A DNA stretch of 64,000 nucleotides from Saprospiraceae bacterium (GCA_025056735.1 JANWVR010000119.1:501-64500); one strand, 5' to 3'; positions 10,098-18,578 are shown, counted from the stretch's first letter. Program-made: numbers and translations. Notes: a model not told the origin generated them from the letters alone.

Positions 10098-11666
10098 ATG
10101 AAGGAGAACCATACGCACGACCCTTTGGAAGAATACTTCCGACGAACGCTCGACAACCACGAGATAACGCCGCCCGATGCGCTGTGGGAGCGGGTAGAAG
10201 CCGACCTGCCGTCGCTTGCCGCGCCGCAGCCCTGGTGGGCGCCTTACCGTTTTTGGCTGCTCGTCGGCTCCATGACGGGCTTGCTTCTGTTGGCCCTGCT
10301 CATTCCCGGCAGCCCGCTGTGTCGCCAGCGCCCGACACCATCGGCGCCGCTCTCCTCAACGAAGCCTGTCTATACCCTGGAACATCCTTTCGCACAACAA
10401 CAACAGCAAACGTCCGATCATCGTCTCCAGGCACGCCCATCCCTTCCGACGCCGTCCGAGCCAAACCGGGCAGGTCAATTATCCATTGAACATGAGACCG
10501 TAAACCTTCAGCGCTCGCCATCGCTGTTCGGTCAGGCCGCCCAGAAGGCAAGAAAAATGCCCTTGTCCTCTGTCGGCCATAAAACGGCGGTTTCGTCCAA
10601 AGCCTTCTCAACATCGCCTGTGTCGGCGGTCGTGGCCGAGCCAGACGCTCAAAAAGCATTTGCCCACAAGGCATTGCCCGACGCGCCCGCCAATGCCCCT
10701 GCCCGCACAGGCGCTGATAGCAAGGCGGTGCCTCTTGCGGCACCTGCGGAAGGGGCGCCCGCATCGGCGCTTTCCTTTCTGCCTGCTGGCCCTGCCGCTG
10801 TCGTTTCTGGCGCTGCGAGCGTTGTGCTTACCTTGCCTTCGCCTTCGCCACATGTTCGCCCGGCGCGCTTGCTAAGTGACTGGAACATAGGGTTTTATGC
10901 TTCCAGCATGTACACGCCAGCCACAGAGGCGCCCGCGACGAGCCGAGGCGGCGGTCTGCAACGCTTAGTTTTTGTCAGCCAGCCTCAGCCTCTACGCCCG
11001 GTATGGGCAGGGGGGCTACGCCTCCAAAAACGCCTGAGCGCCCACTGGGGCGTCGAATTGGGAGCCCTGTATTTCGAGCAAACGCGTGCTACGTCTTACG
11101 CAAGTCGTTTCCGCTTTGGCGATGGGCGACCCATTCCAGGCGGCGGAGGTCCGCACCCACGCCGCGAATATGCGCACTACCTGAACACCCCTGGAGGCTC
11201 TGCAACGGTGGACTTTCGCATGGAGCCCGCCAACGCCTCCGATCCTGTACCGCAGGGAGAGATCATTCGCGTGCAAGCGACCTTTACGGAACATACCTCC
11301 TCACTGAGGCTTCCGATGTTGGCTTCTTATTCCGTCGGCTCCGGGCGCCTACTCGGTGTAGCGCGCGCTGGCTTAGTGGCCGATGTTCTCTTGAAAAGCA
11401 GCCTACAGCTCTCCTCCTTTACTTCGGAAAACACCCGCGTGCGATTGGAGACAGGCATGCGGCCTATCATTCAGTGGACGCCTGCGCGCGACCTGTCTTG
11501 GGGCTACTGGCTCTCGGCTGGCGCCACATACCGCTGGAACCGCCACATCGCCCTATCCGTAGAGCCTACGCTGGCAGGGCGCTTTTCGCATCGGGATGCA
11601 AAAGGACAACCCTTGCCCAATCCGGCGTCGTTTGGCGGGCAGGTAGGGCTTTGGTATGCGTGGTGA
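10098..11666 (+). CDS. Sigma-factor-adjacent membrane protein: short N-terminal domain, one TM helix, Pro/Ala/Ser-rich linker, C-terminal OMP beta-barrel-like domain
   Basis: Starts 7 nt after the ECF sigma stop. N-terminus MKENHTHDPLEEYFRRTLDNHEITPPDALWERVEADL, TM helix FWLLVGSMTGLLLLALLI, about 200 aa of low complexity, then alternating-hydrophobic strands ending in ...FGGQVGLWYAW (aromatic C-terminus). Confidence 0.6.
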   Translation: MKENHTHDPLEEYFRRTLDNHEITPPDALWERVEADLPSLAAPQPWWAPYRFWLLVGSMTGLLLLALLIPGSPLCRQRPTPSAPLSSTKPVYTLEHPFAQQQQQTSDHRLQARPSLPTPSEPNRAGQLSIEHETVNLQRSPSLFGQAAQKARKMPLSSVGHKTAVSSKAFSTSPVSAVVAEPDAQKAFAHKALPDAPANAPARTGADSKAVPLAAPAEGAPASALSFLPAGPAAVVSGAASVVLTLPSPSPHVRPARLLSDWNIGFYASSMYTPATEAPATSRGGGLQRLVFVSQPQPLRPVWAGGLRLQKRLSAHWGVELGALYFEQTRATSYASRFRFGDGRPIPGGGGPHPRREYAHYLNTPGGSATVDFRMEPANASDPVPQGEIIRVQATFTEHTSSLRLPMLASYSVGSGRLLGVARAGLVADVLLKSSLQLSSFTSENTRVRLETGMRPIIQWTPARDLSWGYWLSAGATYRWNRHIALSVEPTLAGRFSHRDAKGQPLPNPASFGGQVGLWYAW

Positions 11667-11855
11667 GCGAAAAGCCCGCAGTTCATTGAGTCAGGCGGCT
11701 CGCTAACGGCTACGCCGCACGGCCTGATCTCATAAAATCGCGCAGGCTTCGGCTGGAATACCGGTTTAAAAAATAACAGACGTTTGATGCTCTGGGCTGC
11801 TGCCCAGCCCGCAAAAAGTCGCACCTTTGCCTGCACGAGACAAAAAGCGGTTGCC

Positions 11856-12548
11856 TTGAAACTCATCATCGCTATAGACGGGCACGCCTCCTGCGGCAAG
11901 AGCACGCTGGCCAAGGCCTTAGCCAAAGCGCTGCACTACGTGTACTTAGACACCGGCGCCATGTACCGCGCTGCCACGCTGTATTTTTTGGAAAACGGGA
12001 TCGGCTACGACGACCCGGCCGCTATTGCAGAGGCCCTGAAGAACATGAAAATACACTTCGAGCGCGTTGAGGGGCAAAACCACATCTTCCTCAATGGGCG
12101 CGATGTGGAGCGCGAAATCCGCGAGCTGCGCGTCAGCGAGCACGTCAGCCAGGTGGCCGCCATTCCAGCCGTGCGGCGCGCAATGGTAGCTCTTCAGCAG
12201 GCGATGGGCAGCCGCCGCGGCATCGTGGCCGACGGGCGCGACATCGGCACTGTGGTGTTCCCCGACGCCGAGGTGAAAATCTTCCTCACTGCCGACTTGG
12301 ACGTGCGCACCAGCCGACGCCATTTAGAGCTGGCCGCCAAAGGCATTGACGCCGACTGGGACGAAATTCGCCGCAACCTGCAAGCCCGAGACCACTTAGA
12401 CTCCACGCGCGAAGACAGCCCGCTGCAGGTGGCGCCGGATGCCGTAGTCATAGACAACACCTTGCTCTCAGAAGAAGAGCAATTGGAAAAAGCCCTCGCC
12501 TTAGTGCGCGCCGCCCAGGAACGCCTCGCTCGACAGACGCCTTCCTGA
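11856..12548 (+). CDS. cmk: Cytidylate kinase
   Basis: P-loop IAIDGHASCGKSTLAKALA and LDTGAMYRA. The family N-terminus (MKLIIAIDG) is reached only from the in-frame TTG at 11856. The track start at 11784 adds 24 non-homologous residues. Confidence 0.9.
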   Translation: MKLIIAIDGHASCGKSTLAKALAKALHYVYLDTGAMYRAATLYFLENGIGYDDPAAIAEALKNMKIHFERVEGQNHIFLNGRDVEREIRELRVSEHVSQVAAIPAVRRAMVALQQAMGSRRGIVADGRDIGTVVFPDAEVKIFLTADLDVRTSRRHLELAAKGIDADWDEIRRNLQARDHLDSTREDSPLQVAPDAVVIDNTLLSEEEQLEKALALVRAAQERLARQTPS

Positions 12549-12658
12549 CGACGCATTTGCCCTATCTTTCGCCCGAAAACACAGCAGCAGGGACTCCTTT
12601 TCGTTCACTCTTTCCTGTCGTTGGCCCCCTCGCCAACGACCCAAAACCTGAGCTGTGT

Positions 12659-13729
12659 ATGAAAAAAACGCCCTACCTGCGCGGGCGTGGCGCGCAAATC
12701 AACCCGCCGTCGCCGTACGAAAAAATGGTGCGCGACGAACAGCCGCTCGATTGGGCGCTGCGCGAAGCCGAATGGGAAACCGACGACCTGCGCACCGAAT
12801 ACTTAGAAACACACCCCAAAACCATTCTGAACGCCGTGGAAAGCCCCGACATTCCGTCGGATTGGAGCTTGAACCCCTACCAGGGCTGCGAACACGGCTG
12901 CGTCTATTGCTACGCGCGCAACACGCATCCTTACTGGGGCTTCAGCGCCGGGCTGGACTTCGAGCGCAAAATCCTCGTCAAGCGCAACGCCGCTGAACTA
13001 CTCGAGGCTACGCTCAAGAAGAAAAGCTGGAAGGCCTCGCCCGTCATGTTTGCGGGCAACACCGACGTCTATCAGCCCGCCGAGCGGCGCTTCCGCATCA
13101 CGCGCGCCTGCCTGGAGGTGTTCTGGCGCTATCGGCATCCGGTGGGCATCATCACCAAAAACAGCCTTATCCTGCGCGACCTCGACCTGCTGGAGGCGCT
13201 GGCCGCCGAACGCCTGGTGCACGTGGCCATTAGCCTGACCACCCTGCAAGAAGAATTGCGCCAATTCTTAGAGCCGCGCACGGCCACCGTAGCGCAACGC
13301 CTGCGCACCATCGAGACCCTCTCCGCGCATGGCATACCGGTGTTCGCCATGCTGGCGCCCATCATCCCAGGCCTCAACGACGCCGAAATCCTGCCCATGG
13401 CCCAGGCAGCTGCCGAACGCGGCGCCCTGGGCTTAGGCTACACCATGGTGCGCCTCAACGGCGATGTGGCCGCTATCTTCGAAGACTGGCTCCGCAAAAA
13501 CCTACCCGACCGCGCCGAAAAAGTGCTCAACGGCATCCGCCAGACGCACGGCGGAAACCTGCACGACCACCGCACCGGCGCCCGCATGCGCGGCGAAGGC
13601 CCTGTGGCCGATATCATCCGAGAACAGTTCCGATTGGCACGGCATCGCTTCTTTGCCTCCCGGCAAATGCCGCCCTATAACTTAGACCTGCACGAACAAT
13701 ATAAAAACCCGCAACTGCGGCTGTTTTAA
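12659..13729 (+). CDS. Radical SAM protein, PA0069 / SplB-like family
   Basis: MKKTPYLRGRGAQINPPSPYE..., the radical SAM cluster motif CEHGCVYCYARNTHPYWGFSAGLDFERKILVK, and TDVYQPAERRF. The ATG at 12659 fits the family N-terminus. Confidence 0.85.
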   Translation: MKKTPYLRGRGAQINPPSPYEKMVRDEQPLDWALREAEWETDDLRTEYLETHPKTILNAVESPDIPSDWSLNPYQGCEHGCVYCYARNTHPYWGFSAGLDFERKILVKRNAAELLEATLKKKSWKASPVMFAGNTDVYQPAERRFRITRACLEVFWRYRHPVGIITKNSLILRDLDLLEALAAERLVHVAISLTTLQEELRQFLEPRTATVAQRLRTIETLSAHGIPVFAMLAPIIPGLNDAEILPMAQAAAERGALGLGYTMVRLNGDVAAIFEDWLRKNLPDRAEKVLNGIRQTHGGNLHDHRTGARMRGEGPVADIIREQFRLARHRFFASRQMPPYNLDLHEQYKNPQLRLF

Positions 13730-13730
13730 A

Positions 13731-13769
13731 CAAAAAAGCCCCACACCGCGAGCCTGACCGGAGGGGGCT
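13731..13769 (-). terminator. Intrinsic terminator oriented for the minus strand
   Basis: The minus strand reads AGCCCC-(loop)-GGGGCT followed by TTTTTTG. On the + strand the same hairpin has only an upstream A-run. It therefore terminates a minus-strand transcript even though it abuts the + strand radical SAM stop. Confidence 0.5.
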
Positions 13770-13980
13770 GACCATGAGATTATAACGGCGCACCGCCGCC
13801 TTGACGCAGGAACTCCACTTGGGGTAAAACCTCGGAGTGGCGAATGCGACCTTGTACGGGTCGTAAGGACGGATTAAAGGCGTAAGAACTGTACTTTGGA
13901 ATCGGAAAACGGCGGTTGGGAAAGAGGGAGGGCAAAAAACCGAAAATGAAGTGGATTAGGAAGAACACAGCTCGAAAGCA
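13770..13980 (-). ncRNA. Candidate small non-coding transcript (no family recognised)
   Basis: Bounded by a minus-strand TACCTTTG box (13986-13993) and the minus-oriented terminator (13731-13769). The only ORFs here are low-complexity and start upstream of the putative promoter. The 5' half is C/U-rich and the 3' half has several short hairpins (CGACC-cguacaa-GGUCG, CGGCG-gug-CGCCG). Confidence 0.25.
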
Positions 13981-13985
13981 CGGCA

Positions 13986-13993
13986 CAAAGGTA
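13986..13993 (-). promoter_or_regulatory. TAnnTTTG -7 box (TACCTTTG) on the minus strand with no downstream CDS
   Basis: Same octamer as upstream of DUF58 (29002), the symporter (39580) and the TPR/SPOR gene (57518). Here it faces a 360-bp gap that lacks a convincing ORF. Confidence 0.3.
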
Positions 13994-14060
13994 CGCGACA
14001 ATTGGACAAAAACAACGGCCTTGGTGAAAAAAAGTGACGGCGGGTTCACTACCACAGGAC

Positions 14061-14090
14061 GCCCAAACGAGTTTGGGCGCTACTGGGGGG
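14061..14090. repeat. Single copy of the palindromic repeat family (GCCCAAAC-GA-GTTTGGGC + GCTACTGGGGGG)
   Basis: Core and tail align with the units at 2470-2563 (GCCAAACAAGTTTGGCCGCTACGGGGAAC). Located immediately 3' of the gamma-CA stop. Confidence 0.55.
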
Positions 14091-14603
14091 CTATTGGAAC
14101 CAGCTGGCGTAGAAAACGTAGTTGTTGGCAATGCGCTGAATCTGGCCTTGAAACAGTTCAGGTGTCAGGTCTTTAACCCGCTTAGCGGGCACACCAGCAT
14201 AGACGCCATTGGCTTGGCAGACGGTGTTTTCCAACACCACCGCGCCGGCGGCGATGAGGCAATTTTCTTCCACGACAGCCTGGTCCATAATGATAGCGCC
14301 CATGCCTACAAGGACGTTGTCGTGCAGGGTGCAGCCGTGCACAATGGCCCGGTGCCCAATGCTGACGTTGTTGCCTATGGTCGTGCCGCACTTCTGGTAG
14401 GTGCCGTGGATGATGGCGCCATCCTGGATGTTAACCTTGTTGCCCATGCGGATGAAATGGACATCGCCGCGCACAACGGCCTGGAACCACACAGAACAAT
14501 CGTCGCCCATGACCACATCGCCAATGATGGTGGCGTTTTCGGCCAGAAAGCAGTTTTGACCAAACTGCGGCTCAAAACCTCGACAGGGAAGGATGAGGGC
14601 CAT
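14091..14603 (-). CDS. Gamma-class carbonic anhydrase family protein (left-handed beta-helix / hexapeptide repeats)
   Basis: MALILPCRGFEPQFGQNCFLAENATIIGDVVMGDDCSVWFQAVVRGDVHFIRMGNKVNIQDGAIIHGT...VGMGAIIMDQAVVEE. The ATG at 14603 fits the family. The track extension to 14738 only translates the heptad repeat (HFSLFTSHFSLFTSHFSLL). Confidence 0.9.
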   Translation of the reverse strand: MALILPCRGFEPQFGQNCFLAENATIIGDVVMGDDCSVWFQAVVRGDVHFIRMGNKVNIQDGAIIHGTYQKCGTTIGNNVSIGHRAIVHGCTLHDNVLVGMGAIIMDQAVVEENCLIAAGAVVLENTVCQANGVYAGVPAKRVKDLTPELFQGQIQRIANNYVFYASWFQ

Positions 14604-14611
14604 GGAGAGGA

Positions 14612-14702
14612 GTGAAAAGTGGGAAGTGAAAAGTGAAAAATGGGAAGTGAAAAGTGAAAAATGAAAGGCGAAGAATGAAAAATGAGGGGGGAACAATGGG
14701 GC
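14612..14702. repeat. Heptanucleotide tandem repeat, 13 units (GTGAAAA / GTGGGAA / ATGGGAA ...), with a 21-bp higher-order period
   Basis: Read in register: GTGAAAA GTGGGAA GTGAAAA GTGAAAA ATGGGAA GTGAAAA GTGAAAA ATGAAAG GCGAAGA ATGAAAA ATGAGGG GGGAACA ATGGGGC. It fills the space between the thiolase hairpin and the gamma-CA start codon. The transcribed (minus) strand reads (TTTTCAC)n. Confidence 0.9.
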
Positions 14703-14736
14703 CGGGTTTTTCCGTTTTTTTTGGGAAAAACCCGGC
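14701..14736 (-). terminator. 13-bp perfect hairpin 3' of the thiolase gene (no canonical U-tail)
   Basis: GCCGGGTTTTTCC-gtttttttt(g)-GGAAAAACCCGGC, 16 nt after the thiolase stop. Confidence 0.4.
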
Positions 14737-14751
14737 ATATTGTGGCGCAGG

Positions 14752-15930
14752 TTATACGCGCTCGATGACGATGGCGGTGGCGCCGCCGCCGCCGTTGCAA
14801 ATGGCGGCTAAGCCTAAGGTGGCGTCTTTTTGGCGCAGGACGTTGTTGAGCGTGGTAACGATGCGCGCGCCGGAAGCGCCTAAGGGATGGCCGAGCGATA
14901 CGGCGCCACCGAAGACGTTTGTTTGGGCGTGTGCGATGTCGAGCAGGCGCTCGAAGGCCAGTGCTACGACGGCGAAGGCTTCGTTGACTTCGAAGAAGTC
15001 AATGTCCGATTTTTCGACGCCAGCCATGCGCATGGCTTTGGGGGCGGCTATGGTGGGCGTGGTGGTGAACCACTCGGGTTCTTGTTCGGCGTCGGCAAAG
15101 CCGCGGATTTTGGCCAGCGGCGTTAGGCCGTACTCGTCCACGGCTTTGGCGCTGGCAAGAATGACGGCAGCAGCGCCGTCGTTGATGGTGCTGGCATTGG
15201 CAGCGGTTACGGTGCCGTCGGGAGTAAAGGCGGGGCGCAGCGTCGGGATTTTATCGAAGCTGACCTTTTTGTACTCCTCGTCTTCGGTAATGAGCAGCGG
15301 GTCGCCTTTGCGCTGGTGTACGGCCACGGGCACGATTTCATCGTGGAAGAAGCCCGCTTCGGCAGCAGCAGCAGCGCGCTTGTAAGAGTCAATGGCAAAG
15401 GCGTCCTGGTCTTCCCGGCTAATGCCGTATTTGGCTGCGGTGGCATCGCCACACACGCCCATGGCCTTTTGGTTATACACGTCGGTGAGGCCGTCTTTGG
15501 CTAAGCCGTCAATGATTTCGCCGTGGCCGTATTTGTAGCCCCAACGGGCGTTGGGGATGTAATAAGGGATTTGGGACATGTTTTCCATGCCTCCGGCTAC
15601 GACGATATCGTTGTGGCCCAGCATGATGGTTTGAGCGCCGAGGGTGATGGCTTTCATGCCGGAAGCACACACCTTATTTATAGTAGTACAAGGGACGTTG
15701 GCGGGAAGACCGGCAAAAACAGCGGCCTGTCGGGCGGGCGCCTGGCCCAGGTTGGCGCTGACGACATTGCCCATGAGCACTTCGCTGACCCATTCGGGAC
15801 GTATGCCCGCTTTCTCTAAGGCGCCTTTGATGGCGGCGGCGCCCAATTGCGTGGCACTGACGCTTGCTAACGAGCCGCCAAAACTACCTATCGGCGTGCG
15901 TACCGCCGCGACGATGAAGACTTCTTTCAT
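14752..15930 (-). CDS. Acetyl-CoA C-acetyltransferase (thiolase II)
   Basis: 392 aa. MKEVFIVAAVRTPIGSFGG, the active-site Cys context INKVCASGMKA, and C-terminal GLAAICNGGGGATAIVIE. Confidence 0.95.
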   Translation of the reverse strand: MKEVFIVAAVRTPIGSFGGSLASVSATQLGAAAIKGALEKAGIRPEWVSEVLMGNVVSANLGQAPARQAAVFAGLPANVPCTTINKVCASGMKAITLGAQTIMLGHNDIVVAGGMENMSQIPYYIPNARWGYKYGHGEIIDGLAKDGLTDVYNQKAMGVCGDATAAKYGISREDQDAFAIDSYKRAAAAAEAGFFHDEIVPVAVHQRKGDPLLITEDEEYKKVSFDKIPTLRPAFTPDGTVTAANASTINDGAAAVILASAKAVDEYGLTPLAKIRGFADAEQEPEWFTTTPTIAAPKAMRMAGVEKSDIDFFEVNEAFAVVALAFERLLDIAHAQTNVFGGAVSLGHPLGASGARIVTTLNNVLRQKDATLGLAAICNGGGGATAIVIERV

Positions 15931-16096
15931 GCTGTAAAGGAAAGGTTTAAATACAGGTTGGAAACGGCGGCGAAGGTACGGTTTGCACTCCTAATGAAGC
16001 GACTTTGAGGAATGTCATTCAGGGCTTTGACGGCAGTCATCCGGTCGCTGTGGCTACTGAGGCGACCTTGCACCCGATTTTGAGAAGTAGATCGCT

Positions 16097-16348
16097 ATGG
16101 AAGTGATTTTTGTCCTCATCCTCATCAGCTTAGCCGTGGCGGCGGGTTTTTTATTGGCTTATTTCTGGGCGATGCGTGCCGGTCAGTACGACGATGATTA
16201 CACGCCCGCCGTGCGCATGCTTTTCGATGATGAGTTGGTGAGGAACGAGGGGGAACCCGTTACCGACTATGCTCCCGGGCCAGAGGCCAGAGAGGCCGAG
16301 GAGGTACGTGAAAAAGACGTAAACGAACATCCGCAACGAATATCTTGA
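16097..16348 (+). CDS. ccoS: cbb3-type cytochrome oxidase maturation protein CcoS/FixS
   Basis: 83 aa. MEVIFVLILISLAVAAGFLLAYFWAMRAGQYDDDYTPAVRMLFDD is the CcoS signature. Directly precedes ccoNO. Confidence 0.85.
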   Translation: MEVIFVLILISLAVAAGFLLAYFWAMRAGQYDDDYTPAVRMLFDDELVRNEGEPVTDYAPGPEAREAEEVREKDVNEHPQRIS

Positions 16349-16353
16349 AGTTT

Positions 16354-18495
16354 ATGAGCCGTATCGAACAATTCCATTACGACAACCGCATCGTGCGTGC
16401 CTTTGGCATCGCGTCGTTTGTCTTCGCACTGGTCGGCATGCTGGTAGGGCTGATTCTGGCCTTTCAGCTCATTTTTCCCGACCTGAACTTGAGCCAGTAT
16501 GGCATTCCGTACACGTCCTTTGGACGCCTACGCCCGTTGCACACGAACGCGGTGATTTTTGCTTTCATCGGCAACGGCATTTTTATGGGCGTCTATTACT
16601 CGCTTCAGCGCCTATTGAAGACCCGAATGTTCAGCGACACCCTGTCGTGGATACATTTCTGGGGCTGGCAGGTGGTCATCTTGCTGGCGGCAGTGTCGTT
16701 GCCGGCGGGCCTGACGACGAGTAGCGAATACGCCGAACTCATATGGCCCATTGACATCCTCATCACGTTAGTTTGGGTGGTGTTCGGCATCAACATGTTT
16801 GGCACCATCCTGAAGCGCCGCGAAAGCCACCTGTACGTAGCCATCTGGTTCTACATCGCCACGTGGGTTACAGTAGCAGTGCTGCACATTGTCCGCAGCT
16901 TCGAGTTGCCTTACTCGCTGTTGGGCAGTTATCCACTGTTCGCAGGCGTGCAGGATGCTTTAGTACAATGGTGGTACGGGCACAACGCCGTAGCGTTCTT
17001 CCTGACCACGCCCTATTTGGGCATCATGTACTATTTCCTGCCGAAGGCGGCTAATCGTCCGGTGTATTCGTATCGGCTCTCGATTATCCACTTCTGGGCG
17101 CTGATTTTCATTTATATCTGGGCGGGTCCGCACCACCTGCTGTATTCGGCGATGCCCGACTGGGTGCAGTCGTTGGGTACAGTGTTCTCCGTGATGCTGA
17201 TTGCGCCGTCGTGGGGCGGCATGCTCAACGGTCTGCTGACGCTGCGCGGCGCCTGGGATCGCGTGCGGCAGGATCCAGTGCTGAAGTTTTTCGTGGTAGC
17301 CGTCACGGCTTACGGCATGGCTACGTTTGAAGGGCCCATGTTGTCGGTCAAGACGGTGAATGCCATCAGCCACTTTACGGATTGGACAATTGCACACGTA
17401 CACGTAGGCGCCCTGGGCTGGAACGGCTTTCTGACCTTTGGAGTTCTTTACTGGCTGTGGCCGCGCATGTATAAAACGCAGCTGTATTCAGTCAAACTGG
17501 CCAATGTTCACTTTTGGATGGGCACGCTGGGTATCGTATTCTATGCCATACCAATGTACTGGTCGGGTTGGACCCAGAGCCTGATGTGGAAAGAATTTAC
17601 GCCATTTGGTACGCTGGCGTGGGGCAACTTCTTGGATACAGTGTTCCAGATCATGCCGATGTATGTCATTCGCGCTTTAGGCGGCACGCTGTTCTTTGTT
17701 AGTGTTTGCGTTGGCGTGTACAACCTCTACAAGACGGCCGCACAGGGCTCTTTTGTAGCCAACGAGGCTGCTGAAGCGCCTGCTCGTCAACCGTTAGTAA
17801 CCGTAGCGGGTCAATATTGGCACAAGTGGGTGGAAGGGCGCCCAATGCAAATGTTGCTTTGGAGCACCATTCTCATCTCTATTGGCGGTATCGTACAGAT
17901 CATTCCGATGGTGTTCATTGAGAGCCAGGTGCCTAAAATCTCTACCGTCAAGCCTTACACGCCATTAGAACTGGAAGGGCGCGATATCTACATCCGCGAG
18001 GGTTGCGTCAGCTGCCATTCGCAGATGATACGCCCCTTCCGCAGCGAAACGGAACGCTACGGCGAATACTCGAAGTCGGGCGAATACATCTACGACCGTC
18101 CCTTCTTGTGGGGAAGCAAGCGCACTGGCCCCGACCTGCACCGCCAGGGCGGTAAATACCCTGACCGCTGGCACTATGACCACATGATTGACCCGCGCAC
18201 CATGTCGCCCGGCTCTATCATGCCCCAATATCCGTTCTTAGCCGATAACGAATTGGATTTGAGCCAACTGCCGGCCAAAATTGCCACGTTGCGCGCTTTA
18301 GGCACGCCGTATCCGAAAGGCTTTGAAAAGCGCGCCATTGCCGATGCCGAGGCGCAAGCCCAACGCATCGCCGCCAAATTGCGCTCCGAAGGCGTCAAAG
18401 AAGAAGGGTTGGAGAAAAAAGAAATCGTGGCCCTCATCGCCTACCTGCAGCGCCTGGGTACAGACATCAAAGTAAAAAATAACGAGGAGCAGTAA
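16354..18495 (+). CDS. ccoN: cbb3-type cytochrome c oxidase, fused subunits I and II (CcoN-CcoO)
   Basis: About 12 TM helices of a haem-copper oxidase subunit I (HFWGWQ, GPHHLLYS, HFTDWTIAHVHVGALGWNG), then a TM helix and a CcoO c-type haem domain (CVSCHSQMIRPF...GPDLHRQGGKYPDRWHYDHM). The first ATG is at 16354; the track start at 16345 is TTG and overlaps the ccoS stop. Confidence 0.95.
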   Translation: MSRIEQFHYDNRIVRAFGIASFVFALVGMLVGLILAFQLIFPDLNLSQYGIPYTSFGRLRPLHTNAVIFAFIGNGIFMGVYYSLQRLLKTRMFSDTLSWIHFWGWQVVILLAAVSLPAGLTTSSEYAELIWPIDILITLVWVVFGINMFGTILKRRESHLYVAIWFYIATWVTVAVLHIVRSFELPYSLLGSYPLFAGVQDALVQWWYGHNAVAFFLTTPYLGIMYYFLPKAANRPVYSYRLSIIHFWALIFIYIWAGPHHLLYSAMPDWVQSLGTVFSVMLIAPSWGGMLNGLLTLRGAWDRVRQDPVLKFFVVAVTAYGMATFEGPMLSVKTVNAISHFTDWTIAHVHVGALGWNGFLTFGVLYWLWPRMYKTQLYSVKLANVHFWMGTLGIVFYAIPMYWSGWTQSLMWKEFTPFGTLAWGNFLDTVFQIMPMYVIRALGGTLFFVSVCVGVYNLYKTAAQGSFVANEAAEAPARQPLVTVAGQYWHKWVEGRPMQMLLWSTILISIGGIVQIIPMVFIESQVPKISTVKPYTPLELEGRDIYIREGCVSCHSQMIRPFRSETERYGEYSKSGEYIYDRPFLWGSKRTGPDLHRQGGKYPDRWHYDHMIDPRTMSPGSIMPQYPFLADNELDLSQLPAKIATLRALGTPYPKGFEKRAIADAEAQAQRIAAKLRSEGVKEEGLEKKEIVALIAYLQRLGTDIKVKNNEEQ

Positions 18496-18578
18496 ACGCA
18501 TAACGACCGGCGGGGTGCGGTTTTCCATCACCCTGCACGGCCCATTTCCACTAACATTCTATTCTTTCGTTGGTCGCC

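Noticed and set aside
13763-13800. GGGGGCTGACC... resembles the 5' end of tmRNA (GGGGCUGA...).
   Set aside because: There is no complementary 3' acceptor arm ending in CCA within 300-450 nt on either strand. There is no T-arm-like GGTTCGAATCC and no tag-peptide reading frame ending in ALAA-stop. The G-run is better explained as the 3' arm of the minus-strand terminator hairpin.
13780-14176. Two mutually antisense ORFs (91 aa minus strand, 86 aa + strand) in the radical SAM / gamma-CA gap.
   Set aside because: One is Phe/Pro/Leu-rich and the other Lys/Arg/Gly-rich, mirror images of a purine/pyrimidine strand skew. One overlaps the gamma-CA 3' end and both cross the palindromic repeat. No motifs were seen. 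I treat the interval as non-coding (see the sRNA candidate).
14604-14738. N-terminal extensions offered by the ORF track for several genes: gamma-CA to 14738, malQ to 27255, oxyR to 44697, the ATPase from 53323, the cyclase from 27147, parA from 60900, and the aldehyde dehydrogenase from 55217.
   Set aside because: The extensions translate repeat elements or promoter regions (for example HFSLFTSHFSLFTSHFSLL and PNKFYGYD). They precede the conserved family N-termini, and an internal ATG matches the family start in every case.
16027-16040. TTGAC-GGCA-GTCAT, about 60 nt upstream of ccoS, looks like an FNR/FixK box (TTGAT-N4-ATCAA). It could link the cbb3 cluster to the Crp/Fnr regulator at 1776-2465.
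   Set aside because: Only 7 of 10 consensus positions match and there is a single occurrence. The binding specificity of the Bacteroidota regulator is unknown. I cannot distinguish this from chance without a genome-wide motif search.
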